A DNA stretch of 64,000 nucleotides, taken from positions 1 through 64,000 of the forward strand of contig JBCCHT010000012.1 in assembly GCA_039028615.1 (NCBI GenBank), written 5' to 3'. The stretch comes from Myxococcota bacterium. GTDB lineage: Bacteria; Myxococcota_A; Polyangia; Nannocystales; Nannocystaceae. The notes under the pieces were generated by a model that searched no databases, had not been told where the DNA came from, and saw only the letters and a program-made list of their open reading frames with translations. The translations under genes and the position numbers were made by a program. Below, piece after piece: positions 37,758 through 48,003 of this stretch; positions within the stretch are counted from its first letter, which is position 1; each line of letters opens with the position of its first letter.

Positions 37758-39803
37758 ATGCGGAATGGACTGGGGATACTCGGAAGTGGTTTGCTCGGAC
37801 TGACCTTGGGCGGGTGCGGGGACGACCTGCCCTCCGGGAGCGGGGACGGCAGCACGACCAGCGCTTCGACGGGGACGACCGCCGCGGACGAGACCGGCAC
37901 CGATGCCGCCGACGAGACCGGCAGCAGCGGCGGTAGCTCCACGGGCGAGCCCGAGGAGCCCTGGGACGGCGAGTGGCCCACGCTCGAGTGCGACTCCATC
38001 GTGCCCAGCCACTGCGCCTTCCCCTACCCCAACAACGGCTTCACCGTGGCCGACGACACCACGGCGACCGGGCTGCGGGTGGAGCTGAGCGAGGCGATGA
38101 TGCCCGTGGCCACCAACGGGGTCAGCACCACGCGCGACATCTTCAATACGCGTGATGGTTGGTCGCCGGGCATCGCTCTTTTGGCCGAGCTGCCCGGCGC
38201 GACGATGGAGGGCTTGGCTCGCCCCGACAACATCGACTGGTCGCTCGACCCCGAGTCGCCCACCGTGCTCATCGACACCGAGACCGGCGAGCGCGTGCCT
38301 CACTGGGCACAGCTGGACATGACCACTGACGACGCCTCGCGGCGGACCTTCATGATCCGCCCCGTCGTTCGCCTCGAGGACTCGCGCCGCTACATCGTCG
38401 CCATTCGCAACGTGGTGGACGACACCGGAGTGCCCATCGAGGCCTCCGAGGCCTTCGCCGCCCTGCGCGACCGCACCGACTCCGACGACGATACGGTCGA
38501 GGCCCGCCGCGGCCTCTACGGAGACATCTTCGCGCGACTCGGCGAGGCCGGGGTCGCCCGCGACGACCTCCAGCTCGCCTGGGACTTCACCACCGCCAGC
38601 AAGGAGGACAACACGGGCTGGCTCGTCGGCATGCGCGACGAGGCCCTGGCCGGGCTGCCCCCCGAAGGGCCCGCCTACACCCTCGACACCATCGACATGG
38701 ACTGGAGCGAGGACGTCGCGATTCGCATCGTCGGGCAGATGGAGGTGCCGCTCTACCTCGACATTCCGGGCATCGGCGGCGTCATCAACCTCGACGAGGA
38801 CGGGCGCCCAGCGCAAAACGGCACCGCCCAGTATCCCTTCGAGGTCCTCGTCCCCTACAGCGCCATGGACAACCCGGCCGCGCTGCTCCAGTTCGGGCAC
38901 GGGCTCTTCGGCGGCCACGAGTCGATCCAGAGCCTCGGCGAGTTCGCCAACCGCCACAACCTCGTGATCTTCGCCTTCGACTGGATCGGCATGTCCAACG
39001 AGGACCCGCTGCCCATCGGTGGCTTGCTCGCCGGGGGTGACCTCTCCGCCTTCCAGACCCTGCCCTCGCGCCTCATGCAGTCGCACGTCAACGCGCTGGT
39101 CGGCATGCGCATGATGATGAACGGCTTCGTCAACGATCCGCTGGTCGACTTCTCGGCCAGCGGCGGCGGCATCGACCCCAACGAGCGCTACTACTTCGGG
39201 GGCAGCCTCGGCGGCATCATGGGCTCGGTCTACATGGCGCTGACCACCGACGTCGAGCGCGGCGGCCTGGGTGTGCCGGGCCAGTCGTTCAACCTGCTGC
39301 TGCCGCGTAGCGTGCTCTTCGACCCCTTCTTCGACATCCTGACCGCCACCTACGACGACCCGCGGGACATCCAGCTCATCCTGGCCGCGGCCATGCTGCT
39401 GTGGGACCGCGCCGAGCCGACGGGCTTCTCCAAGTACATCCGCGAGGACATGCTGCCCGGCACCCCGGCGCATGAAGTGCTCTTGCAGGTCGCCATCGGC
39501 GACAACCAGGTCAGCAACTACGGCTCCTACGTCATGGCCCGCACCATCGGCGTGCCGCTTTTGACCCCCTCGGCCCAGTCCATCTGGGGCATCGAAGAGG
39601 TCGAGTCCGGGCACATGGGTTCGGCCATGATCGAGCACGACTTCGGGCTTCCGCCCATCCCCATGGACAACGTGCCCGCCACCGCGGGGCCCGATCCCCA
39701 CGCAGCGATCTGGGACTACGACGTGGGCATCGATGAGCTCGAGCACTTCCTCCGCACGGGCGAGGTGATGCAGTTCTGCGACGGCGCCTGCGACCCGGAG
39801 TGA
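37758..39803 (+). CDS. Lipoprotein alpha/beta hydrolase (lipase-like)
   Basis: Lipobox LGGC, PYPNN..T, DGWSP, FGHGLFG, nucleophile elbow G.SLGG, GD..V, DPH. Confidence 0.8.
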   Translation: MRNGLGILGSGLLGLTLGGCGDDLPSGSGDGSTTSASTGTTAADETGTDAADETGSSGGSSTGEPEEPWDGEWPTLECDSIVPSHCAFPYPNNGFTVADDTTATGLRVELSEAMMPVATNGVSTTRDIFNTRDGWSPGIALLAELPGATMEGLARPDNIDWSLDPESPTVLIDTETGERVPHWAQLDMTTDDASRRTFMIRPVVRLEDSRRYIVAIRNVVDDTGVPIEASEAFAALRDRTDSDDDTVEARRGLYGDIFARLGEAGVARDDLQLAWDFTTASKEDNTGWLVGMRDEALAGLPPEGPAYTLDTIDMDWSEDVAIRIVGQMEVPLYLDIPGIGGVINLDEDGRPAQNGTAQYPFEVLVPYSAMDNPAALLQFGHGLFGGHESIQSLGEFANRHNLVIFAFDWIGMSNEDPLPIGGLLAGGDLSAFQTLPSRLMQSHVNALVGMRMMMNGFVNDPLVDFSASGGGIDPNERYYFGGSLGGIMGSVYMALTTDVERGGLGVPGQSFNLLLPRSVLFDPFFDILTATYDDPRDIQLILAAAMLLWDRAEPTGFSKYIREDMLPGTPAHEVLLQVAIGDNQVSNYGSYVMARTIGVPLLTPSAQSIWGIEEVESGHMGSAMIEHDFGLPPIPMDNVPATAGPDPHAAIWDYDVGIDELEHFLRTGEVMQFCDGACDPE

Positions 39804-39828
39804 GCGGCCTACGGCCGGCCCCGGCGGC

Positions 39829-40695
39829 TCAGTCGAGTTCGTCGGGGTGCTGGGGAATCGGCTCCCCGCCGTCGCGCTCCTGCACCGCCTGCTGAAACCC
39901 GACCTTCTCGGCGCGGGCCTTGAAGGCCACGCCGGGCGGGTTGTGGCGCGACATGCCGTCGAAGAGGGTGGCCAGCATCTGGGTATTCGGCAGCCCGGTG
40001 GCGTCGCAGTACTGGTTGATGAGCAGCGTGTGCATGGCCAGCTGAGTGCGGGGCGCGGACGCGATGCGACGGGCGAGCTTCATGGTCGCTTCGTCGAGAG
40101 CATCGGCGGCGGCGATTTCGTTGACCAGTCCGATGCGGTGAGCGTGGTGGCCATCGATGAGGTCGCCGGTCAGCAGCAGGTGCTTGGCGTGCACCGGGCC
40201 CACGCGGTGGGCCCACATCGCCGTGGTGGGGCAGCCCCAGACGCGGGCGGGCGGATAGCCGATCTTCGCGTCTTCGGCCATCACGATGAGGTCACAGCAA
40301 AGGGCGATGTCGCTGCCCCCCGCGACGGCGTAGCCGTGGACCTTGGCGATCGTGGGCTTGGGGCTGCGCCACAGCGACATGTACTGCTCCGTGCAGCGGT
40401 GCATGAAGCGAAAGTCGACCATGGGATCCCAGGGCATGTCCTGCACGCCCGCGTTGGTGCCCTTGGCCTCCGCGAACATCTTGAGGTCGTAGCCGGCGCA
40501 GAAGGCCCGGCCCGAGCCCTGCACGATGACGACGTGGACCGAGTCGTCTTCGCTGGCCATGCGCGCCGCCGCCTCGATCTCGCCCGGCATGTGCTCGTCG
40601 ATGGCGTTGAGCCGATCGGGGCGGTTGAGCGTGAGGGTGGCAATGCGACCGTCGGTCTCGTAGGCGATGCTGCGGAAGGATTTCGATGTCGTCAT
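39829..40695 (-). CDS. Enoyl-CoA hydratase/crotonase family protein
   Basis: LNRPDRLNAI, AFCAGYDL, AKVHGYAVAGG, LLTGD. Confidence 0.93.
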   Translation of the reverse strand: MTTSKSFRSIAYETDGRIATLTLNRPDRLNAIDEHMPGEIEAAARMASEDDSVHVVIVQGSGRAFCAGYDLKMFAEAKGTNAGVQDMPWDPMVDFRFMHRCTEQYMSLWRSPKPTIAKVHGYAVAGGSDIALCCDLIVMAEDAKIGYPPARVWGCPTTAMWAHRVGPVHAKHLLLTGDLIDGHHAHRIGLVNEIAAADALDEATMKLARRIASAPRTQLAMHTLLINQYCDATGLPNTQMLATLFDGMSRHNPPGVAFKARAEKVGFQQAVQERDGGEPIPQHPDELD

Positions 40696-40699
40696 GCGC

Positions 40700-41500
40700 T
40701 CACTCCTCGGCGGCGGCTCGCGCCTTGCACTCGGCGGCGGAAGGTTTGGGCATCGTCCCGCCGACCTTGGTCAGGTACAGGTCGGCCTTGCTGGAGACGA
40801 TCATCCAGTGCGCCTCCGTCTTGGAGATCTCGGTCGGGTCGCCGCTGTTGTACGCCCGCGGATAGTTGATCATCACGATCTCGTGCATCTCGAGGATCTG
40901 GCCGAGCGCCTTCGACTTCTCCGTGATCCGGGGGTTGCTGACGAACAGGTCCCGCTGCCACCGATCGATCTCCATGATGGTGTCGCGCTTGAACTCGAAC
41001 CACACGTCTTCGGCGTCGGCTCCTCCCGCGACATAGGCCTCACCGGCCTCGACCATCTCGACGCGAAAACACTGAAGGTCGGTAAAGTACCCGTCGAGAA
41101 GCGCCCGGTTGTCCTCGTCCCAACGGTAGAGGTGCTTTTCCCCCTCGGGATCCTTGCGATCCCACGCGCGGAGTTCGGCCTCGGTGGGGGGCGCATACTT
41201 GCGCGGTGGAGGCGGCTCGGGCTCGTCGAACTCGGGCTCGGGCTCGGGTAGGAGCGGAGCGATTTCGAAGACTTCGGGAACGGCCTTCGCATCTTCGACT
41301 TGCTGGGCGATCTTCGCCGATAGGCCCGGCCGAGGTTCGGCCTCGTCATCCGCGTCGGGGGACGATTTCTCCGGTTTCTCGGGTACGGGCTCGGGCTTCG
41401 CAGGCGCAGCCTCCTGTGCGGGAGGGGGCTCGTCCGACGGCGACGACTGGCACGCCGCCAGCACGAACATCGACGTCAGCGCTCGCCCGAACCAGCTCAT
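40700..41500 (-). CDS. Hypothetical lipoprotein
   Basis: Lipobox LAAC, Pro/Glu-rich linker, helical C-terminus. Confidence 0.7.
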   Translation of the reverse strand: MSWFGRALTSMFVLAACQSSPSDEPPPAQEAAPAKPEPVPEKPEKSSPDADDEAEPRPGLSAKIAQQVEDAKAVPEVFEIAPLLPEPEPEFDEPEPPPPRKYAPPTEAELRAWDRKDPEGEKHLYRWDEDNRALLDGYFTDLQCFRVEMVEAGEAYVAGGADAEDVWFEFKRDTIMEIDRWQRDLFVSNPRITEKSKALGQILEMHEIVMINYPRAYNSGDPTEISKTEAHWMIVSSKADLYLTKVGGTMPKPSAAECKARAAAEE

Positions 41501-41546
41501 GCGGCGGCAGCATAACACTACCGCCCAGCACGGCTCGACGCTCGCA

Positions 41547-42521
41547 TCACCCCGGCGGAGGCGGCAGCACGACCTCGGTGCTCCATGGCGCGCCGAGATT
41601 GTTGCACCCAGGCAGCCCCATGTCCCCCAGATCGGTCAGCGAGCCATCCGCCTCGAGCCGATACAGCTGGCGGCTGCTGGTGCACGCATAGATCTGCTCC
41701 GTCAGGGGATGAAACTCGACGCCGACGTACTCGAAGTCCAGCGGCAACGCGTTGGCCAGCACGCCCATCCCCGTGAGCTGGTCGATCTCGTAAAGCGCGT
41801 CCGTCGAGGCATTGATCCCATAAAGCCGCTGCTCGACCTCGTTCCAGGTCCCGCCCAGCGTGGTCCAATCTTGTCCGAGCGGCCCCACCGCGGTGGCCTG
41901 CCCGGTCTGCGCGTCGATATGGATCAGCTGATCGGTCAACGCGTCGAGGCCATACAGGTCGTTGCCCTCGTCGGGCGAGATGCCCCAGACCTGCGAGTAG
42001 CCGAACTCACCGACATGCGTCGCGATGCACGAAGGCAGCTCGAACTCCCATAGCCCGGTGTTGCTCGAAAAGAGCAGCCGGTCATCACGCGAAAACGTCA
42101 CGCTGGGGCTCTGGCCGGAGTAGGGCTGGCCCGTCTCGGCATCGGTGAGCACACAGACATCGGTCGCTTCTGCCGTCTCGATGTCGATGTGGAACAGGTG
42201 CCGTTGCCCATCGACGTTACCGATGTGGACGAGCCACGAGGGAGTTTTCTCGGGAGGATCGAGCGGCCCACCATCGGGGGTCGGCACATCGAAGATCGGG
42301 GGCTCGTCACCATCGTCGTCGGAATCGGTGCCCGTGTCCGCGCCCGGAGACGACGTCGCCCCCGGGGAGTCGGTCGACGTGTGCTCGGACTCGGAGCCCG
42401 AGGACGCAGGCGACGATGAGGTCAACCCGGGCTGACCATCGCTCCCGGACGACGCCGGATCGGAATCGGTCGTGCCGCAGCCGAGCACGGCCGCGACCAA
42501 GGACAGAGAATGGAGGCGCAT
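41547..42521 (-). CDS. Lipoprotein with beta-propeller-like repeats
   Basis: Lipobox VLGC, Ser/Thr linker, repeated LY.ID..TG units. Confidence 0.75.
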   Translation of the reverse strand: MRLHSLSLVAAVLGCGTTDSDPASSGSDGQPGLTSSSPASSGSESEHTSTDSPGATSSPGADTGTDSDDDGDEPPIFDVPTPDGGPLDPPEKTPSWLVHIGNVDGQRHLFHIDIETAEATDVCVLTDAETGQPYSGQSPSVTFSRDDRLLFSSNTGLWEFELPSCIATHVGEFGYSQVWGISPDEGNDLYGLDALTDQLIHIDAQTGQATAVGPLGQDWTTLGGTWNEVEQRLYGINASTDALYEIDQLTGMGVLANALPLDFEYVGVEFHPLTEQIYACTSSRQLYRLEADGSLTDLGDMGLPGCNNLGAPWSTEVVLPPPPG

Positions 42522-42767
42522 GCGCAACACGCCGGGCCCTTCTCCAAACCGCGTACCAAGATTCCGACGCAGGAAATTCCGGTGACTTGAACGACAGCCC
42601 GTGCGCAGCCAGGGCCGCTTCGTTCCGCGCCGATCCGCGAAGGGAACGCGCAGGCCCGGGGAATGCTCGATGCCGCCGAAGTCAGGCGCGGTCGGTTTCG
42701 CGTGAGCCGAGCGCCGCCGCCCCGACCGAGCACCGCGGGCGGACTGCCAAAGGCCGCGAGGTGAGCC

Positions 42768-43616
42768 TCAGGGCAGGGCGTGGCCGAAGAAGTAGCGCTT
42801 GCCCGCCTCGAAGCCTTCCAGGGTCTTGTCCTGACGAAGGCGATTGAGCACATACGAAATCTTGGCGAACTGCGGAGCGCAGTCGTCGTCGAGACACCCT
42901 GCAATTGCGGCCCCGGTCATCCCCTCGATGAGCGACAAGCGGTCGAAGATGTACCCCCCCGAGGGGTCCTCCTCGGCACACAGCTCGGAGATGCTGCGAG
43001 CGACGGCATCGAGGTCGAGCGGCGCCCCGTGGTGCATCGCCGTGCCTTCGCCGTGCTCCTTCACCAGGGCATCCGCGAACGCGTCGACCTTCTCCACGTA
43101 GGCCTCGTCGTCGAGCGGGCTGTCGACGAGCTCGCGTGCGTCGATGTCGGGCTCGAGGATCGCGCTCACGGCATCCATGGCGCACTCGCTCTCGAAGCCG
43201 GCGACCCGAGCCCGATGGCGGGCGAGCGCTTGTCCGATCCGCGGGTCAGCGGTGAGCAGCGCGACGTCGCAGATCTCGAGGCGGATGTCGGGATCGGCGT
43301 GGTTTTCGAGGACTTCGGATAAACGCGGAAGGAGGGCTGACGGGGCCGCCTGCGCGAAGATCCGAACGGCGCAGTCCCGCAGGTGCACGCTGTCCCCTCC
43401 CATCGCGACCTCGATGAGCGCCTCCACATTGCGAAAGTCACCCGCCTGCGCCTGCGCGGTGACGCACAGCAATCGCTCCCAGAGGTTGTTGCTGGCCAGG
43501 TACCCGTCGTCGCGCAGCTGGGGCGGGGCGGCGGCTACGAACGAATAGCCGTGCGTACAACGCAGCCAGTCGGGGCCGACGAAGTCGGGACGAGAGTTGG
43601 CGTAAGAAGTGCTCAT
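42768..43616 (-). CDS. Putative immunity protein (helical, HEAT-like)
   Basis: ATG starts 1 nt after the toxin stop; acidic helical protein. Confidence 0.6.
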   Translation of the reverse strand: MSTSYANSRPDFVGPDWLRCTHGYSFVAAAPPQLRDDGYLASNNLWERLLCVTAQAQAGDFRNVEALIEVAMGGDSVHLRDCAVRIFAQAAPSALLPRLSEVLENHADPDIRLEICDVALLTADPRIGQALARHRARVAGFESECAMDAVSAILEPDIDARELVDSPLDDEAYVEKVDAFADALVKEHGEGTAMHHGAPLDLDAVARSISELCAEEDPSGGYIFDRLSLIEGMTGAAIAGCLDDDCAPQFAKISYVLNRLRQDKTLEGFEAGKRYFFGHALP

Positions 43617-43617
43617 A

Positions 43618-44481
43618 CTAGCTGTTGCGCGTGATGGCCCGGTTGGTGATGTCGTTGATCTGGTCGTCGACGGATTGAACCCGCGCGGCCTCGGGATCGG
43701 GCTCTTGCGGCTTCTGGACGAGCGGCTGGTGTACCGGACACCCGCCGGTCTTGATGCTGTGCGGATGGTGCAGTTCGTCACCATCGCCCGTCATCCCGGC
43801 CTTCTTGCGAGTCTTGCGGTAGTCACCACGTGCCTTGGAGTTGTCACGCGGGGACCTCACTTTGAAGATGCCGTCCTTGGGCGGAAGCATCTCGGTGAGG
43901 TCGGGGTGATCGGCGGCGATCTGATCGAACTCTTTGCGCTCGTCCTCGGAGAAGAACTCGTCGTAGGGCTTGCCGTCGGACTTGTTGGTGCCGTTGGCCT
44001 TCTTGCAGGTGGGGCACTTTTCCGGGGAGCCCTTGGCGGGCAGCGACACCATCTGGATGACACCGGCCAAGGTGGCGGAGTTGGGCGGGCTGCCGCTGCC
44101 GCCACAGTTGTTGAGCATGGGGTCGGAGAGCAAGTGGACGTTCTTGCCCTCGATCTTCACGTCGAGCGAACCGGGCCCCACGAACTTGGTAATGCCGTGC
44201 GTGTTGGCCGAGACCAGCCCGCCGCCGGTCCCCTTGGAGGCCACGTCCCCCATGCTCTTGAAGGTCGCGCCCTTGATGGCGACCGTCTTGCCCTCGATCT
44301 TGACCTTCTTGGAGTAGCCCTTGGGCGAGTCTCCGCTCTTGCCGATGTTGGGCAAGGGCGCGGGCACGAAGGGTGCGGGCGGGCCCGGCATCTTGCAGAT
44401 GTTGGGTACCGTGGCCGCGGCGATGCCGTTGCTGCCCTTGGTGACCGGGGTCTTGGGAGGATTGATGCCGACCTTGGCCAT
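43618..44481 (-). CDS. DUF4150 (PAAR-like) protein with C-terminal putative HNH-fold toxin
   Basis: PNICKMP, V.IEG, GS.DVKIEGKNV..L.D....N; C-terminal ELHHPH....GGCP; AGGAG RBS. Confidence 0.85.
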   Translation of the reverse strand: MAKVGINPPKTPVTKGSNGIAAATVPNICKMPGPPAPFVPAPLPNIGKSGDSPKGYSKKVKIEGKTVAIKGATFKSMGDVASKGTGGGLVSANTHGITKFVGPGSLDVKIEGKNVHLLSDPMLNNCGGSGSPPNSATLAGVIQMVSLPAKGSPEKCPTCKKANGTNKSDGKPYDEFFSEDERKEFDQIAADHPDLTEMLPPKDGIFKVRSPRDNSKARGDYRKTRKKAGMTGDGDELHHPHSIKTGGCPVHQPLVQKPQEPDPEAARVQSVDDQINDITNRAITRNS

Positions 44482-44493
44482 GACGCTCGCTCC

Positions 44494-45546
44494 TTAGGAA
44501 GGTCGCTCCAGCACGACCGCCGCCCGAAGGCCGGCATCGGACCCCGCGAAGAGCAGAGTCGTCGAGCCGCGATGATAACCACGCTGCCAGCCCGCGACCG
44601 CGAGGGCAACCAGGAGTGGGCCCGATGCGGCCCCGATATCGCCCCATTGACCGGCCGGGGCCTCGAAATCGCCGGCCTGCGTGAGCGCCCGATGGCTCCG
44701 CAGCGCGACCATGCCCCACTCTTCGGAGCGCATGCGCTCGCCGTTGAGGTCGCACAGCACGCGATCGGTGGACTGCCCGTTGCCGAGCAGCGAGGCGGCC
44801 GCCTTCTCGATGGCCGCGCTCAGGCCTCGCCCCAGGTTGACCGGATCGGTCGCCGGATCTTCGGACGCCGACGGCTCCCGTGCCACGCCCGTGCCCTGGA
44901 TGGTGGCCAACGACGGCAGCCGCAGGGTCCGCAGCGCGGTATCGCTGACCACCGCCACGCACCCCGCCGCCTCGCCGGGGAAGAACGACGAGCGAGTCTC
45001 CCGGGTTTTGATGCGTCGGCCCTCACCGAGCCAGCGCAGGGTGTCCGCGTCGAGGTAGCTGTCGACCCCGAGGACCAGCGCCACCTCGAAGTGTCGCTCG
45101 CCGATGAGCTCGACCGCTCGGTGCAAACCGAGCAAGCCCGCCGCGTGCCCGTGGCCCACCGTGTGGATCCCGAACGGATGCTGCGCGGGCGCGATGGACC
45201 CGAGGTACTGATGGAGCCGCTGTTCCTCCGCCGCACCGAACCCGGGACGATGCTCGGGGAGGGCGAGCATCAAGGCGAGCGGCGCATCGGGCCGATGGGG
45301 CGGGACCGAGCGCAGGGTGTGCTGCAGCGGCGCAGACAGCAGCGCGGCCATGCGTTCCCAGCCCATCAGGGTGTCGTCCAGCCGCCCGTCGACCGCGGCG
45401 CGCAATGGCTCTCCGGTGGAGTCGACCAGCGTCTCGTGGGCCTCGATGCGGACGATGCCCGCACGCACGGCGGCGGCACTGGTCGTCGCGTCGAGCCCCA
45501 GCGGGGTCCGAGCCCCCACGTCCACGATGTGACAGATCCGTTTCAC
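44494..45546 (-). CDS. PRK06147-like ketoacyl-synthase-fold T6SS accessory protein
   Basis: TPLGL.A..SAAAVRAGI, GVDSYL, F.PGEAAG, DLNGE..R.EEWG, WGD.GAA; GTGA overlap with DUF2169. Confidence 0.88.
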   Translation of the reverse strand: MKRICHIVDVGARTPLGLDATTSAAAVRAGIVRIEAHETLVDSTGEPLRAAVDGRLDDTLMGWERMAALLSAPLQHTLRSVPPHRPDAPLALMLALPEHRPGFGAAEEQRLHQYLGSIAPAQHPFGIHTVGHGHAAGLLGLHRAVELIGERHFEVALVLGVDSYLDADTLRWLGEGRRIKTRETRSSFFPGEAAGCVAVVSDTALRTLRLPSLATIQGTGVAREPSASEDPATDPVNLGRGLSAAIEKAAASLLGNGQSTDRVLCDLNGERMRSEEWGMVALRSHRALTQAGDFEAPAGQWGDIGAASGPLLVALAVAGWQRGYHRGSTTLLFAGSDAGLRAAVVLERPS

Positions 45547-46547
45547 TCTGGATTGCGGGCTTCGACGTTGACGACGTCGAGGTAGTCGAGGTCGGCGGCG
45601 GCGACCGGCAGGCTCGATTGCCACACGACCAACACCCGGCGGTCGTCGGGCTCGATGATGACGGTGGTCACCCGCGCGGGGGCCGGGCGTGCCTTGGAGC
45701 CGAAGAAGGAAGTGGTGGAGATCGTGGTGGGCGGCAGCTCGAAGGACAGATGTCGATCGGGGGTGAGGTGCACCAGCTCGAAGCGCGTGCCCCCGCCGAG
45801 GTATCGACCCGGCTGCTGGTCGCGAGGCGAGCACAGCGTGGCGCGGGGATCGTAGTCCTCGGGGAGCAGCGGCTTGCGGGTCTCCACCCAGCGCGCATCG
45901 TAGGTTCCCCCCAGCTCGAGCCGCGGCGACCAGAAGCTGCACAGGGCGCCAAAGCCTGCGGGCCCCACCTTGGAGGCATTCTGGCCGGGGTACAGGATGT
46001 TGGGTGCGGGCGTGTCGACCAGGTGTGCCGACCGGGTCGCGAACCCGACCCCGACTGGGTTGCGGGGATCGAGCCGATGCTTGCTCTGGTCGGGATCGGT
46101 GGTGTCGTGCCCCCCGAACGCCCGCTCGTACACGATGGGCATGCGCTCGAAGGGCCGCGGCGTGGTGGTGGTGAGACCAGCGACCCCCGCGTAGTAGACG
46201 TTCTCGCCGCGGACGTTCAGGACCTTTTGCTGGTCGTCTATCCGCAGGGACACCGCGACCTCCTCGACCGGGCGGTTGGGCGCATAGGCATGGCCGTTGA
46301 CGACCACGTCGGTAGATGGCTTGAGCGGCCCAAGCTCGAGGTCCCAGCGCAGACTCGAGGCGCCGTCTTCCCCCTGGTAGTCCGGCTCGAGCGCAGGCGG
46401 GAGCTGGGTCTCGGCCACGCGCAACCGCCCCTGAGCATCGACCTCGTAGGTCGCCCGAACGGCGACGATGAACTGATGGCGCCCGTCGACGTCACGGACC
46501 CAAGTACGATCGACCTCGAAGGGCGACTCGTTGACTACGGCCCACAT
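45543..46547 (-). CDS. DUF2169 T6SS effector adaptor
   Basis: N.SPF, K.STDVVVNG.AYAP, YERAFGG, NPVGVG, PAGFG....W.PR....GTYD..W, P.LP.DYD. Confidence 0.92.
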   Translation of the reverse strand: MWAVVNESPFEVDRTWVRDVDGRHQFIVAVRATYEVDAQGRLRVAETQLPPALEPDYQGEDGASSLRWDLELGPLKPSTDVVVNGHAYAPNRPVEEVAVSLRIDDQQKVLNVRGENVYYAGVAGLTTTTPRPFERMPIVYERAFGGHDTTDPDQSKHRLDPRNPVGVGFATRSAHLVDTPAPNILYPGQNASKVGPAGFGALCSFWSPRLELGGTYDARWVETRKPLLPEDYDPRATLCSPRDQQPGRYLGGGTRFELVHLTPDRHLSFELPPTTISTTSFFGSKARPAPARVTTVIIEPDDRRVLVVWQSSLPVAAADLDYLDVVNVEARNPE

Positions 46548-46601
46548 CTCAGGCGCCGGAGTATAGGGCCGGGTCGCAGAGCCGGCAATCGACGAAACCG
46601 C

Positions 46602-47831
46602 TCAGTCCGCCGCCGGCTGCTCGTCGGTCGGCGACTCGCGGACGCGCATGACCACGACCCACAGCGTCGCGCCCACGATGAGCGCGGCGGTGACCAGCGG
46701 AGTCCCGGGGCTCACCAGCTCGAACGTGATGCCTCCCCAAATGGGACCGACGATGCGTCCCAGCGAAGCGGCCGAGGTCGACAGGCCCAGCGTGAAACCC
46801 TGGTTCTTCTCGTCGGACTGCCGACTCACCAACGCGTTGATGCTCGGCGCCATGAGCCCATTGCCCGCCGCGATGCCGGCACTGCCCACGAAGATGAGCC
46901 ACACGCTCGGAGCGAGACCCACGGCGGCCAAGCCGAGGGCCAAGACCACGACACCCACCATCAGCGTCCGTCGCTCGCCGAGGCCCGCCACCATGCGCCC
47001 GACCAGCACGCCCTGGGTCAGCACGATCACCACGCCGACGAACGCGAAGATTCCCCCCGTCTGCTGGGCCCCCCACGAAAGCCGGGCCTCGAGCAGCAGC
47101 GCGTAGGTCGACTCCATGGCGGAGAACGCCATGAAGAAGGTGAAGTTCAGCAGCACCATGTAGCCCAGCTGCGTGCCGAGCAGGACCTTGCGGACCGACG
47201 CGAAGGTCAGCCGGATGCGGGCACCGGCCGCGGCGGGGCCCCGGGTGCGATGGCTCTCCGGCAGCCAGATGAGCGCCATGATCCAGTTGGCCACCGACAG
47301 CCCGGCCGCGACGAAGAAGGGCAGCTCCGGGCTCTCGGGCGTCGCCAACAGGCCGCCGATGGCGGGGCCGAACACGAAGCCGAGGCCGATCGCCGAGCCC
47401 ATCAGGCCCATGTACTTGGCGCGCTTGGCCGGGGCGACCCGGTCCGCGACGTAGGCGTGCGCCGTCGAGATGTTGGCCCCGGAGATGCCGGAGAGCACCC
47501 GGGCCGCGAACACCATCCACAAGGTCGTCGCGAAGCCCAGCACGAGCATCGACAGGCACGTGCCGCCGATCGACACCAGCATCACCGGGCGACGACCCAC
47601 CCGATCGCTGAGCCGACCCAGTAACGGCGACGCCAAGAAGTGCGCGGCCGAAAACGCGGTGGACAGCAACGCGACGACCTGGGGCGAGGCCCCGAAGCTC
47701 GACGCATAGAACGGCAGAACGGGGATTATGATCCCGAAGCCCACCAGGTCGATGAACAGGGTCAGCCACAGCGTGGCAAATGCCGCGATGGGCACCTCCT
47801 GTTCATCGGGCGTGGGGCCGGGTTGGGACAT
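46602..47831 (-). CDS. MFS transporter, TetA/DHA1-like
   Basis: DLVGFGIIIPVLP, GRLSDRVGRRPV, GFVFGPAIGG, LPES; about 12 TM. Confidence 0.92.
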   Translation of the reverse strand: MSQPGPTPDEQEVPIAAFATLWLTLFIDLVGFGIIIPVLPFYASSFGASPQVVALLSTAFSAAHFLASPLLGRLSDRVGRRPVMLVSIGGTCLSMLVLGFATTLWMVFAARVLSGISGANISTAHAYVADRVAPAKRAKYMGLMGSAIGLGFVFGPAIGGLLATPESPELPFFVAAGLSVANWIMALIWLPESHRTRGPAAAGARIRLTFASVRKVLLGTQLGYMVLLNFTFFMAFSAMESTYALLLEARLSWGAQQTGGIFAFVGVVIVLTQGVLVGRMVAGLGERRTLMVGVVVLALGLAAVGLAPSVWLIFVGSAGIAAGNGLMAPSINALVSRQSDEKNQGFTLGLSTSAASLGRIVGPIWGGITFELVSPGTPLVTAALIVGATLWVVVMRVRESPTDEQPAAD

Positions 47832-48003
47832 GACGAGGCGGAAATGGACCTTGGCATGTCGCGGTAACGCGAGCCAGTGCCGGCCCACGAAGCATCGGAG
47901 ACGCTCTTTTCATCGCCCGTGACATGAGCAAAATCTCACGCGACAATGCGGGGCACGGCGCGCCGCTTCCCCACCGCGGCCACGTCGTCCCCCGCCACCA
48001 CCC

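Noticed and set aside
44494..45546. Polyketide or fatty-acid synthase gene
   Set aside because: KS-like fold without the catalytic Cys context, located between DUF2169 and DUF4150, so it is the T6SS accessory type
46602..47831. Acquired tetracycline resistance gene
   Set aside because: Generic DHA1 MFS motifs only; no tetR or mobile element, and codon usage is host-like
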